Below, one piece after another: positions 57,401 through 64,000 of a DNA stretch of 64,000 nt. Made by a program: the position numbers and the translations under genes. How positions within the stretch are numbered: the stretch's first letter is position 1; the number at the start of each line of letters is the position of its first letter. Source of the stretch: a virus (Duplodnaviria > Caudoviricetes); IMG/VR virus record IMGVR_UViG_3300037400_003675, positions 276 to 64,275 of that record; one strand, given 5' to 3'. A model generated the notes under the pieces. It saw only the letters and a program-made list of their open reading frames with translations. It was not told the DNA's origin and did no database searches.

Positions 57401-60400
57401 AGCATCTGAAGAATCCCGACTACCTCTCCACCATGGAGGGTTGGGCCTGGGATACGCACCTCAAGCGCGAACTTGGAATCAACGAGACCGACCCGAACAG
57501 GCCCACCGATCCCGATGGGCCGGGGACCGGGAGGCTCTTCCGCGACGGAGATTCGGGAGTGGCGAAGGTGGACTACGAATCGGAGATGCGCGACTGGCGC
57601 AACACTCTCGTGATGGAGCACCAGAACGCAGACCTCCCCGTCAAGATAGGGATGGAGAAGATAATGCAGGAGGTAGGCAAGGACAAGATTGAAGAGAACG
57701 AGGACTACCTGACACGGCACAACCTCGCCAGCAGCCGGGCGGAGAGCCAGGCTCACGAGTTCGAGCTGTTCCGTTTCACTCCCCTCTTGGAGCAGCTGCG
57801 CAAGGTGCAGGCCAAGGTGCCCGTGGAGACACGCGGAGCAGCCGGCAGGGAGGAATCATATGAGAAGATCCTCGACTATCTCTACGCGGTATCCGGCATT
57901 GAACGAAACGGCTACAAGAACAACGAGATAGAGCAGCGTAAGCAGGAGGCGCTCGATGCTCTGGGAGAGGCTGCAGCGAAAGAACGCCTTGAACTGATGA
58001 AGAACGGGACGGAAGCACAGCTTGCGAAGTTCGAGCAGGCCCTTGCGGAGAAGAAGGCCGAGATAGAATCCCGCTACGAGGGAATGAAGAGGGACTGGTC
58101 CGGTCTCACTTCGCTGGTAGGCCGTCCGTCCGACGAGTGGCGCGAGGCAGAGGATGACGCAAAGGCGCTCATTGCCCGGTTCCGCAGCGAGGTGGGTGAC
58201 GATGCCGCCCTTGAGGAGCTGTGGGAGCGCATACGCGCCTGCACCGATTACAGCCTTGAACACGCATACAGGCACGGACTCCTGACGAGGGAGGAATACG
58301 AGCGCCTGCACGGCACGGAATCGGAGCCGAGGATGTGGGAGTACTACCTCCCCTTGAGGGGCTTCGATGAAGAGACCGCCGAGGACGTGTACGGCTATGA
58401 CAGCATGGTGCATCCCAATATCGGGTCCGTCGTGGTGAAGAAGATGAACGGCCGCTGGACGAAAGCGGACAACCCCATAGCGAACATACTCAACATAGCG
58501 GAGTCGGAGATAGTCCAGGGCAACGACAACTGGGCCCGTCAGGCTCTCTACCGTTTCGTGCTGAACGCCGGGGAGAACTCCCTGCTCACGCAGACCGATG
58601 CCTGGTACGAGAAGGACCCCGCTACCGGCCAATGGGCGCTCGCGCAGCCCCGCCCGGATGAAACCCTTGAGAGGTTCGAGGCGAGGATGAGGGCGATGCG
58701 TGAGAACATACAGCCCGACGGCACCAACGGCACTTCCCTCGCGAAGAAGGGGCGCAGGGGACTGAGACTCGACAGGATCATGGCCAACAAGGCACACGCA
58801 AACGAACACCTCATACGGCTGAAGGTCGGAGGAATGGACAAGATGATATGGGTGAACGGAGACCCCGCCATAGCCAAGGCCGTGGCAGGGCTGGGGCGTG
58901 CAAAGACGATGCGCCTCATACGCAGGGCATCACGCGCCCTCTCCAACCTCTTCACCACCTATTCCCTTGACTTCACCGCGAGAAACCTCATAAGGGATAC
59001 CATCTATTCGCAGCTTGCGCTCATAACGAAGGAGGACAGGCCGTACCGCCATCAGTACAGGAAGAACTGGATAGCCAACTTCGGCTACGGCACCTTCGCC
59101 TATCCTATGGTGAAGCTGATGGCAGAGTGGGAGAGCGGCAAACTCCAGACCAAGCCCAACCCCACCCCCAAGGAGCAGATGTTCATGGACTTCATGCGCG
59201 ACGGAGGGCAGACCGGTTACACCATCATCAACTCCGTCTCCGAGATAAAGAAGAGCATAGAGCGCTCGATGCGCCGTGCCGGAGAAGATGTGGGCAAGGT
59301 GCGCATACCTATCCTCGGGCACTATGCGAAGTTCGTCAAGACACTGAACGAGGGATTCGAGCTGCTGACGAGGTTCACGGCATACGAGACTTCCCGCAAT
59401 ATGGGCCGCAGCGGACAGCGCTCGGCAGCGGATGCGAAGGAGATTTCGGTGAACTTCAACCGCAAGGGGCTGCAGTCCGGCAAGGACTTCCTCGGAGGTA
59501 CCGCGGCCTACCTGGGTGCCACGCACTACTTCTACAATGCGGGCGTGCAGGGCTTTGACAACTTCCTGCATCTGTTCAAGGTCAATCCCGTGAAAGTGTC
59601 GGCCGCTGCCGGAGGTCTCGTCCTTCTCGGCGTCCTCACCCCGATGCTCAATGCGGCTCTCGCAGGGCTCGCGGCAGGCATGGGCGACGATGACGGAGAC
59701 GAGAGGAAGAAGCACGACTGGTATTGGAACCTTCCCGAATGGGTAAGGCGCAACAGCATCGTGCTCGGTACCGGCACGGGTTATCTTGCCATACCTCTGG
59801 CGGTGGAACTCCGTGCGTTCTATGGCCTGGGAGACATAGCGGCATCACTGCTGTACCACAAGCATCCCGCACGCAACGGATTCACCATAGGGCTTGATGC
59901 GATCAACACCGCAGCCGGGATACTCCCCGTCAACCCGATAGAGGGATATACCGCCAACGGCAACATAAGCGACGCAGTCCTCCGTACGGTCACTCCCGAT
60001 GCGACGATGTTCATAGTGGACATCGCCACCAACAGGGACTACACCGGCAGGCCGCTGAAGAAGGTCAATCCGTTCAGTGGTACGGTGCCTCAGTCGCAGT
60101 CCGCATATGCCAGCACACCGAAAGCGCTCGTGGAGGCTTGTCAGCACCTCGCCCAGACGACGGGCATCGACATAGCTCCCGGCGTGCTGAGGGACGTGTT
60201 CCGTAACCTCGGGGGCGGATTCTACAGGGTCGCGGAAGATGTGGCGAAGCTGGTTGCAGCGGACGAGGAGCGCCCGAGAAGGTGGGATGACATTCCTTTC
60301 CTCAGCGGATTCACGGGGCATATCGACAAGGACCGCAGCAGCTCCTTCGAGACCTCCGCGCTGTACGACTATCAGAGGCTGTCCGAAGATGTGGTCAAGC

Positions 60401-60924
60401 GGTTGAACATAGCCGCCGGCACGAAGGACATCACCTCGTCGATGGCCTATGACCACCCGGAGAATCTCCCCAAGGAGGCGAGGGTGCAGAAGATCCTCGA
60501 AGGTGAGGACTATGTGCTCGGCAAGATGTTCCGCGACGGAATGAACAACGAGTACAAGATGAAGGTGCGCCAGCGGGATGCCAAGGACGGCTCCTACTCC
60601 AAGGGCGACCTCTACAAGTCCCGCGAGATAGAGCGCAAGGGCGTCGATCAGCTGAAGAAGGACTGGAAGGAACTCCTTGAGCAGCTCGTGGCGATGCCCG
60701 GCAAGACGCAGGAAGAGAAGGATGCGAAGGCCGCGTTCTCCCTGGAGGTGCAGGATGCCTGGCACAAGTACCACAGCGCCGAATCCGACCTCGTGGACGC
60801 GCTCATGGAAGAGGAATACAACCACGTCCAGGAGAAACGCAGGAACGGAATCCCCTACGAGCCGAAGCAGCCTGCCACGGAAAAGGTGTACGAAAGGGCA
60901 AGGGAAATAGTAAAAAACAAATAA
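45433..60924 (+). CDS. 5163-aa polyvalent (DarB-like) virion protein: ParB/ddrB-like domain, strawberry-notch-type SF2 helicase, two zincin motifs, LPD38-like C-terminus
   Basis: GAPIV...VIQGNGR (ParB-like), GDMTGVGKGRQ, DESH, SATFAKRP, HEVIH, HETVGH and SVNFNRKG...LPEW motifs. Confidence 0.85.
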   Translation: MADDRYLQNRQLAYDLLKREGYTDIGDSAEDLFRDRENSRIAYDLLSKAGYSDLGKDYDEFASKLYAPEVPAGEAPDPLATSSFSQAPRSTRRWMRGEERKAQEQEQEQEPEPQEPSAPETSSFAQAPESTKDYLEAAERNPYVGRDAATLAAMAGEVDRQDAEFAKEYEARNASLTTDIDEMSPTLNAEDVAWLKENEGRYKAYKDKKALIANALTQTSEFQGALAGAKDAGNAARERLSAPATAGGRTVYNDRELKNWETVRRLSDITERESKLGDKAELKGVPEDIAVAVRQFAGAAGRMVDENSLTFGLVNALAKSNVREVGDKAGAIITDVLDSFGVKDGAVPEDRQEEVSAAIAEALQNGLTDGEKEVLKAFDRYSYINGVKAASASTYAKAGQAAEQSAEFMLGFILTGGLEKMGARAARNIATKATRQWLSRGAAARGAANIAADLPGAMAKLTARGIKPNLAAKMLADAGVAAERTALLFPRTAEAYADNLIQTTGEYKDEHGRLKFDRSRANAALNTALTQYIEYWSEGFGEYFGAGEKALFKSVTKNAPASAIGKTLSDYRGSIGRFLDQGKFNGMFNEMLEEVVGSVFNSTAGWLSKDRLGDKEAMKEFFAGDNLATLFLSFLPMSALSARTNIKAYNAMVNRYDKAVDTLKPMVESGAVSQEDLDSLVGDIRNSTPEHIKDRVVEIADKARKAAGGKLPDNFAQSLLGYVEGNLSMNMESDLWDQSSEKRRVVDAYSGTYSFPDLGSAWDIVSAEDAARQAALEAGLDEDDLEKDPFRLAQEAAVIERQGNAEAAEVLTEYAQVKAAAQGLRDGYRKETEDMTDGFSRTVRDASLKNGAVIVAEYEGAPVIVLTDDASVDADGSVSAGGADGLVRIAPTSPSADELIVKSGTLRNGSAVNAENFIAQSAASFADQRQVAFEQAVGTISPSGKAAVINGLTGQTILIQDETGSVSPVTIVNTDGRGGVTVRDEGKGGSMNVVSAETLYDMAQKDQDGNVQIYSAQGAEQPAQEAQPQPAEAPAPAEQQPTADLGDYVGTELSLLVNNSPVQAYVTEVGDGRVYFEYEDVDGNGRASSMTEQAFLAALQGAQGGQQEEQEAQPQAPAEEAQQGVLPRTKDGEVDMANMFNVDKETFAQRIPELVDYMNSVLGEYALKEVQKAYTATGEAVKKIQERIDKNSDLAKAPRLYKELAEEKQKKENYGALIIAMRPERGQAQPAATAAAEPQAPEAPVDGNVPDISDDTPEAAQERGYFIQNGNRVDRAAEDAVAATGADTKISFTKTEVVDAKYGLVDAKRIIPSHVADQENPLHFFAKNWQPKNRNRTDSAVAIQQMANGIRPEEITVGATAYGGAPIVNSRGEVIQGNGRSEALRRAYAQDTAAGYKQWLAEHAEDFGLTKEQVEGMDSPILVRVLSVDDARAEELGKREQKDLESGGDQTFSGKGLAKKIGDRLEEFLNILYGGDLGEDATLSDYINANGQLALNWLNRNGYINDTELQNALETTRSGEVRFTDASVAAFRELSLEPLFQSGTEKVRAGYEKLPNIVKLALQRNVALLSNLEGVIPDIQAALSYYHDFETADPAFQKAKTTEEAWKAIEDWMNNVPLGSDKTEGDLHPNIVARRFAAIFKGAKKAKALTDLFRNIAAAMNGEGGLFGENPEAVDRIGAYTQTNVISEQEANTIQNGQEGNTERGSDAVPGDNGEQGGQVGEGSPASGVESPAENAGDSGQAAEGAESAEEGAVAAGTEESEPAATEEVSETTEPAEPAEPAAPATEGGYGESNTVVTKDQYEELKRRMREKLGQLNAGFDPEVFSIGVQMAAYHIEAGARKFIDFAKRMINDLGDAIRPYLKAIYNGARDLPGMEEFREEMDSAETVSGIEVADININDNDNGKEDTTDLQQGGQRPGAVPGDTSEGAGGETGTPGTDGDNAGDNSGNAAPGGNQGSDAEEGAGGEQGTLWDDGEPSGTSGNREGHGGRTDVGKGSGRKTPTGRGGRSGDTGTGVVSEEPVGVGRDTGGRTDAIDPEAAATEAEQKAYEQEKKAIQNETDAEKLKARKDELKAGISAITDKHDLSKARMSGQLRAVLEKLRDLFSKSADKSERLTQEKVPYESVSDPTGEHAIGSVVPSGSADAMRNAILRMETEEKGGAADFVRGLEGYKSLDEMFTGDGKDIGLSSEQVDSVALALHQMLGGRMFIVGDMTGVGKGRQGAAIIRWALREKKKILFVTEKPDLFSDMYQDLVDIGSTDHVPFVVNNVPIVDKGKSEEEGNVILKAPGKSVASALYGSESDALPKVKWSGAFKGKQYNVVMMTYSQAQSTLPSAKKKLDWVKQYAKDAIVICDESHNASGESRRGGYFRDIVQNAQGVTFMSATFAKRPDNMVLYTLRSSLRDAQMTQEDMIESIQKYGVPMQEILAEGLFRTGEMVRRERDFSDVKIHWDEPKDVFTEEEIKQSRDTYDKTTDIVNSIISMQRQMMDPVIKKMNKEQFEEANKAARKRLETSNEGTKVTIREYTYTPYASQVSNVASLMFYAIKARKAAEMAINQIKEGKKPIIAVDNTLESYIKDIEGEVPSADFAFILNRGLEKSLKYRLKSTVKWINPETHTEETVKEDSSVAELGSFEKIMGNGYSNIIRQSIQNYSQDKEVLPLMLSPIDYIKSEIEKAGYRCGEITGRSWSLRQKVDGNWERVPMKIDKTSEITHFNGGSAAAPLDESEVNNAVILNTAGATGISLHASRRFGDQRKRTMIILQPAKDVNVEVQIRGRGDRTGQVARCEYFYIMSPIPAEKKIIMMLKQKLASLDANAVGTEKVSSNKVDANDMDNKYGDEVARQFLIDHPEVNQNLDKPLEKKNGEYEHRDGLLYALLKGAQRMTCKRQELILTELESAYVEQIDYLNQNGINDLATTTMNLNATTVDQAIFIKGKDNESMSVFAHDTNMERVEVDVLKKPLRSPEIYARMRKLGALTEDGKIDPLYGTNIYEASSKYRDEVLRDKEKKNFEAQEQLVEALKVATPKTDDQTEEDYDRAIRNDPSYRELVSTNMDEYNRLDMDLSTQVGRVERAGEYLKPGMPVLVPLTDDLNGQKRYGRFIAFKTAKDGKPKSVRAVFAVTDARAVIEIPVVSKYDIITWIVNNVYGTIGLGSDLREIGGPTYDKSITDETRRTARDEWWDKKVPKQTTRQIRYMITGNILQACGKLGEYKGTITTFTRKDTDTGEVTVDRGMLLAEDFDPENFKIRSTVTKDDVWNGYNGIYDDKTNIEVRRDGDVMVVQYMRPFRSRENLAKNPLMLDEDLKPLLVDNTFIAWTKDAIRATVTEENVEAVLDHLYRNYGFTKETLFIMPDSTERVDAIVYTDKPYEEVLKEFHDKYGNNLDQWDIERQLKQMLDQYKMDVNNEDLKKQIRDFVQARQAYLRKKAAKNDSIRMAWDVLIKDEEIAQATSKERRDSLYAKREAEKEELAVRGVHGNLLHFEAGEVPFDVVEENFNKLNKDKGNAEIAKKVFPLVKKLGLTTIFNEKTPNNVGGHTAGQELTYNWKYMNSDWITDQMKADTFLHEVIHTVTAYAKGCVEYGYEHLISEEMLDIVNQLDGIWRLIKYNQLFQHSTGDGNAYTDYGTTDWYEMMAEAGSNEEFRADLRKMTLGIKVLSGVMSFTNVTDRDDYTGKTQNAEEAVLERLDALIEGFNQHAFTEYFRGTGFGARSYSELNEADNKAQEFKDRKEALHRAKKIGKKAEMVLSLHTFIDDMTDTELLRTNYLLPGNKDLEAEIRKRNLDPHPEMRMRDGEAGATEEAASPAPEENTAASRITDGERRGVARRLDSMSEILGVPIRQISRDEMPAGHKRGKGYYDTATGEVAICMDNVSDLRDAMATVFHETVGHLGLRRLFGDKFNEAMVGIYSALDSKGRAWVSSYMLNHGLQPGDAGIVRGMEEYLASLAESGDFRSSVWDDIKRAIGRIVDAIFGTDGFLFTDRELNYILRASYEHLKNPDYLSTMEGWAWDTHLKRELGINETDPNRPTDPDGPGTGRLFRDGDSGVAKVDYESEMRDWRNTLVMEHQNADLPVKIGMEKIMQEVGKDKIEENEDYLTRHNLASSRAESQAHEFELFRFTPLLEQLRKVQAKVPVETRGAAGREESYEKILDYLYAVSGIERNGYKNNEIEQRKQEALDALGEAAAKERLELMKNGTEAQLAKFEQALAEKKAEIESRYEGMKRDWSGLTSLVGRPSDEWREAEDDAKALIARFRSEVGDDAALEELWERIRACTDYSLEHAYRHGLLTREEYERLHGTESEPRMWEYYLPLRGFDEETAEDVYGYDSMVHPNIGSVVVKKMNGRWTKADNPIANILNIAESEIVQGNDNWARQALYRFVLNAGENSLLTQTDAWYEKDPATGQWALAQPRPDETLERFEARMRAMRENIQPDGTNGTSLAKKGRRGLRLDRIMANKAHANEHLIRLKVGGMDKMIWVNGDPAIAKAVAGLGRAKTMRLIRRASRALSNLFTTYSLDFTARNLIRDTIYSQLALITKEDRPYRHQYRKNWIANFGYGTFAYPMVKLMAEWESGKLQTKPNPTPKEQMFMDFMRDGGQTGYTIINSVSEIKKSIERSMRRAGEDVGKVRIPILGHYAKFVKTLNEGFELLTRFTAYETSRNMGRSGQRSAADAKEISVNFNRKGLQSGKDFLGGTAAYLGATHYFYNAGVQGFDNFLHLFKVNPVKVSAAAGGLVLLGVLTPMLNAALAGLAAGMGDDDGDERKKHDWYWNLPEWVRRNSIVLGTGTGYLAIPLAVELRAFYGLGDIAASLLYHKHPARNGFTIGLDAINTAAGILPVNPIEGYTANGNISDAVLRTVTPDATMFIVDIATNRDYTGRPLKKVNPFSGTVPQSQSAYASTPKALVEACQHLAQTTGIDIAPGVLRDVFRNLGGGFYRVAEDVAKLVAADEERPRRWDDIPFLSGFTGHIDKDRSSSFETSALYDYQRLSEDVVKRLNIAAGTKDITSSMAYDHPENLPKEARVQKILEGEDYVLGKMFRDGMNNEYKMKVRQRDAKDGSYSKGDLYKSREIERKGVDQLKKDWKELLEQLVAMPGKTQEEKDAKAAFSLEVQDAWHKYHSAESDLVDALMEEEYNHVQEKRRNGIPYEPKQPATEKVYERAREIVKNK
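50519..50695 (+). CDS. Nested +1-frame 58-aa ORF (MDKKVTLNEAL...) inside the giant gene
   Basis: A-rich start context; phage-typical codon usage follows this frame rather than the host ORF frame. Confidence 0.6.
   Translation: MDKKVTLNEALTQSLETMASKGDKWAKEVLQAESNHLQKTQEIADRQLKELKAQKKAR
51140..51538 (+). CDS. Nested +1-frame 132-aa acidic ORF (MEKKTLLIYS...) inside the giant gene
   Basis: A-rich start context; CTG/GAG/AAG codon bias in this frame while the host frame is a G/D/E low-complexity linker. Confidence 0.7.
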   Translation: MEKKTLLIYSREGSDLELYLVIPQKELEERPELLAPTGITPEIIQEMQRRAGIKEVTPKKELEANRALFGTTENRVELQEIVKDTEEEPMSEKVLDERLRQVEEEGLEILEPEWYPRNPSVWDETPVDAQMQ

Positions 60925-60933
60925 TCATGCCAT

Positions 60934-62955
60934 ATGAGAAAAATAACAGATACTGACATAGCCGCCTTGCGGGCGAGGGCCGATAGGACCCCCAGGCCGA
61001 AGAGCAAGGTCGGCATCGACGGTACACAGCAGTTGACCGGCAGCAACTTCGTAGTCACGAAAGCATCATTGGACATCATCACCGAGGCTGGACGGTGCCA
61101 CGATGCGTACGCCGATTTCCGCAAGCAGGCGGACCGCAGCGCCGACTACTACAAGGGGAACCAGTGGGGTGACAAGATAGAGCTGAAGGACAGGTTCGGG
61201 CGCAGGGAGGTAATCACCGAAGAGGAATACATCAAGCGGCAGGGCCGTCCGGCGCTCAAGCAGAACCTCATCCGTCCCATCGTGAGGAACGTGGTGGGGC
61301 AGTTCCGCACCACCCCCTATCAGTCGGTGGTCTATTCGTCCGACGAGGGCGGGCAGCGGGCAGCGGACATGACGAGCGTGAAGCTGAACGACATATTGAG
61401 GTACAACGACGCCACGGAGAGGGATGCGAGGGGATACGAGGGATTCCTCAACACCGGTGCGGTGATAGCCTATACCGGCTACTCGTACGATCCGGAGCTG
61501 GGCCAGCCCATACCTTTCTTCAGGCATATCGACTACCACCGCTACTTCCAGAACCCCGATGCCACGGACGTGGCGGGGAAGGACGTGTCCTTCTGCGGCG
61601 ACTTCGTTGACCTGCCCTTGGGCGAGGTCAAGAGCCTGTACGCACACAATCCCGCACAGGAGCAGGCGCTGGAGAACATCTATACGCACGAGACGCACAC
61701 CATGCCCACCGGGTACAGGGCGTTCGTGGTCCGCGACCCCGCTGCGGACAGCATCATCGGCTCCGCGTCCGACGGCAGGTGTAGGGTTATCCGCGTGTGC
61801 CGCCTGGAGGGTGCGTGGGACCTCGCCGTGCACGACTACTCCGATGCGTCCTTCGAGGTGTATTCATCCCGCGAGTTCCCCGGCAAGGAGGCCGAGGTGC
61901 GGAACGAGGTGGAACGCAGGAAGAAGATTGCGGATGAGATAGGCGTGGATTATGAAGATCCTGCCAACCATCTGAAGATAGTCTATGAGAGGAAGTATGT
62001 CCGTCGCTGGATGTACTACCACCTCTCCCCCTGGGGGCATATTCTTTGGCAGGCCGAGAATCCCTTCCAGCACAACAGCCACTGCTATGTGGCGAAGTTC
62101 TATCCTCTCTTCCAGGGCCAGGTCTATGGCATGACCTACGACCTCATAGACCAGCAGAGGATGGTCAACCGTATGGTCATCAACCTTGACTTCGCCATGG
62201 CCGCTTCGCAGCAGGGCGTGCTCCTCGTGGACGAGAACTCGATATCCGATGACTTCGACCTTGAGGACATCGCCGAAGAGTGGACCAAGTACCGCGGCGT
62301 CATCAAGATAAAGATGAAGGACGGAGCGATGATACCCCAGCAGCTCGCCGGGCATCAGGTGAACATCGGCCAGTTCGAGATGATCAACCTGATGATGAAG
62401 ATGATGATGGACATCTCCGGCGTTCAGGGAGCGATGCAGGGCAAGGCTCCCACCGCAGGCACTCCCGCATCCCTCTACAACCAGGAGGTGAACAACTCGC
62501 AGATAAACGTGCTGGACTATGTGGAGGCGTACGGGTGGTTCCTTGAGCAGAGGGACTACAAACTCATACAGATAATCCAGCAGTTCTGCCCCGACGGCTA
62601 CTCCCCCGCTCCCGAAGGGGCGAGCGAGGAGGCGAAGCACTATGTCGCGGCCGAGGTGCGGAAATACAAACTCCGCAACCAGATACGCAAGAGCGTGGAT
62701 ACCGCCGTGGTGAGACTCTACAACGAGCGGCTCATGGCCAACCTCCTGATGAACGGAGCGGCGACCATCGAGCAGTATCAGGCGAGCGGTGCCAAGCCCT
62801 TCGGAGACGACCTTCTCGCCAAGCTGCAGCAGGCATCCTCGCAGCTCCAGGCCGGGCAGGGCGTGAGCCAGCAGCAGTTAGCCGACATCCAGGCGTCGCT
62901 CCCCCAGGTCAGTCCCGAAAGGATGGCAGCGGCAGCCCAGTTCATGAACAGATAA
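60934..62955 (+). CDS. Portal protein (P22-like)
   Basis: 673 aa; YYKGNQW, NLIRPIVRNVVG and LIDQQRMVNR motifs; Q-rich C-terminal barrel. Confidence 0.88.
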   Translation: MRKITDTDIAALRARADRTPRPKSKVGIDGTQQLTGSNFVVTKASLDIITEAGRCHDAYADFRKQADRSADYYKGNQWGDKIELKDRFGRREVITEEEYIKRQGRPALKQNLIRPIVRNVVGQFRTTPYQSVVYSSDEGGQRAADMTSVKLNDILRYNDATERDARGYEGFLNTGAVIAYTGYSYDPELGQPIPFFRHIDYHRYFQNPDATDVAGKDVSFCGDFVDLPLGEVKSLYAHNPAQEQALENIYTHETHTMPTGYRAFVVRDPAADSIIGSASDGRCRVIRVCRLEGAWDLAVHDYSDASFEVYSSREFPGKEAEVRNEVERRKKIADEIGVDYEDPANHLKIVYERKYVRRWMYYHLSPWGHILWQAENPFQHNSHCYVAKFYPLFQGQVYGMTYDLIDQQRMVNRMVINLDFAMAASQQGVLLVDENSISDDFDLEDIAEEWTKYRGVIKIKMKDGAMIPQQLAGHQVNIGQFEMINLMMKMMMDISGVQGAMQGKAPTAGTPASLYNQEVNNSQINVLDYVEAYGWFLEQRDYKLIQIIQQFCPDGYSPAPEGASEEAKHYVAAEVRKYKLRNQIRKSVDTAVVRLYNERLMANLLMNGAATIEQYQASGAKPFGDDLLAKLQQASSQLQAGQGVSQQQLADIQASLPQVSPERMAAAAQFMNR

Positions 62956-62967
62956 AACGATACGGAT

Positions 62968-63450
62968 ATGGAAATAGACAGGACTATCACGAATGTATGG
63001 AAAGTCACCATCGTCGAGAACGAGGTGTTCAACCGATTCATCGACGAGACGATCCAGGAGAGCAAGCGGCGCTCGCTCGGCAATGCGCCGTCCCTTGTGG
63101 CCAGCGATGACGACAGGGCCATACTGCACCGCTATTACAGGGATGCCCTCGCGGAGCTGTCAGCCGTGCTGGCAAGACGCACCACCCGTGTCGGAGGCTC
63201 AATCATCAACACCCCGGACGAGACCACGAAGATGCTCACTACCGTATTTACCCTTCCGATGACGGACAACCACGAATCGGAACTCCTTTCCCCTCTCGCG
63301 TCGCACTGCCTTGAGTTCCTCATAGCCAAGCTGATGGAGAAATGGTTCGGACACGGCAGCGACTTCGGCTCCGAGGGAGAGAAGGACGAAATACGGCATA
63401 TCCTGCATTTCAGGAGGGTGCCGATAGAGAGACCATTCAGACCACTTTAA
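62968..63450 (+). CDS. Hypothetical structural protein
   Basis: 160 aa downstream of the portal gene. Confidence 0.6.
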   Translation: MEIDRTITNVWKVTIVENEVFNRFIDETIQESKRRSLGNAPSLVASDDDRAILHRYYRDALAELSAVLARRTTRVGGSIINTPDETTKMLTTVFTLPMTDNHESELLSPLASHCLEFLIAKLMEKWFGHGSDFGSEGEKDEIRHILHFRRVPIERPFRPL

Positions 63451-63464
63451 TAATCCGAAGCAAG

Positions 63465-64000
63465 ATGAAAACAAAATTGTACGAAGGACAGATAATCTTC
63501 TATTACGCCCATGACGATATTTTCCACGATGTGCGGCATCAGTCCGCTTTCCTTTGCAAGAACATCACATCGAAGGAGGGAGAGGATATATCGGAGGCGT
63601 TTCTCATTACCGAGGACGAGACCGACACGGTTGCGCTCTGCCTGCGCGAACAGCTGCCTGCCGTATTCGAGGTGGCGAGGGGGCTTACCTACGGCATACC
63701 CGACGCCACGCAGGAGCAGATGACCGGATCGGCGTTCAAGCAGCTCTTCCCGGATGCAACGCAGGAAGAGATAGCCGCCCTCGGCGTGGACGACGCGAAG
63801 AACTATGTGGTGATAAGGCTGATGGACAACGGCGCGTACAACCCCAACGATCCCGCCCTGGCGGATTCCGCTTTCCTCTCGGCGATAGAGCAGGGAGTGC
63901 TGGCGGAGTATTATGCCAAGGTGACGCATCCTGTCGTAACGAAGGTCTGTGCCGAGCAGTTCGGCAGGCAACTCGCCGCACTCTCGCAGCGGTTGCTCGG
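63465..64000 (+). CDS. Hypothetical structural protein (partial, runs off the right edge)
   Basis: Manual translation MKTKLYEGQIIFYY..., open to the window end. Confidence 0.7.
   Translation, partial: MKTKLYEGQIIFYYAHDDIFHDVRHQSAFLCKNITSKEGEDISEAFLITEDETDTVALCLREQLPAVFEVARGLTYGIPDATQEQMTGSAFKQLFPDATQEEIAALGVDDAKNYVVIRLMDNGAYNPNDPALADSAFLSAIEQGVLAEYYAKVTHPVVTKVCAEQFGRQLAALSQRLL

Overview
This window is most of a temperate, podovirus-like tailed phage genome. A Bacteroidota host is inferred from TAnnTTTG promoters and the gene families present. It reads in the unintegrated form, with an intact tRNA-Val-derived attP at 29.0 kb beside a tyrosine integrase. Modules in order: large terminase (cut by the left edge); scaffold, capsid, tail-fibre-like and lysis genes (2.4-11.6 kb, +); a long leftward early operon (11.7-28.2 kb) with small accessory genes, primase-helicase, SSB, a nuclease-FtsK fusion and RecT; two tandem HTH repressors, attP and integrase; a leftward anti-defence block with ArdA, PcfK, PcfJ and a second SSB (30.6-37.1 kb); a 1.8 kb non-coding region; lysozyme, RuvC-like and tail nozzle genes (-); two ejection-type proteins, a 5163-aa polyvalent protein and the portal (+). 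The strongest unexplained signals are: (1) two tandem tRNA-shaped RNAs whose anticodon loops are replaced by 34-nt and 134-nt inserts; (2) two +1-frame genes overprinted inside the giant gene; (3) a 7.2 kb block almost free of palindromic restriction sites that ends at a 12-bp palindrome, a candidate first-injected genome end; (4) the same 15-bp palindrome at both divergent late promoter regions. No CRISPR array, reverse transcriptase or DGR was seen. All calls come from manual reading; no database searches were run.
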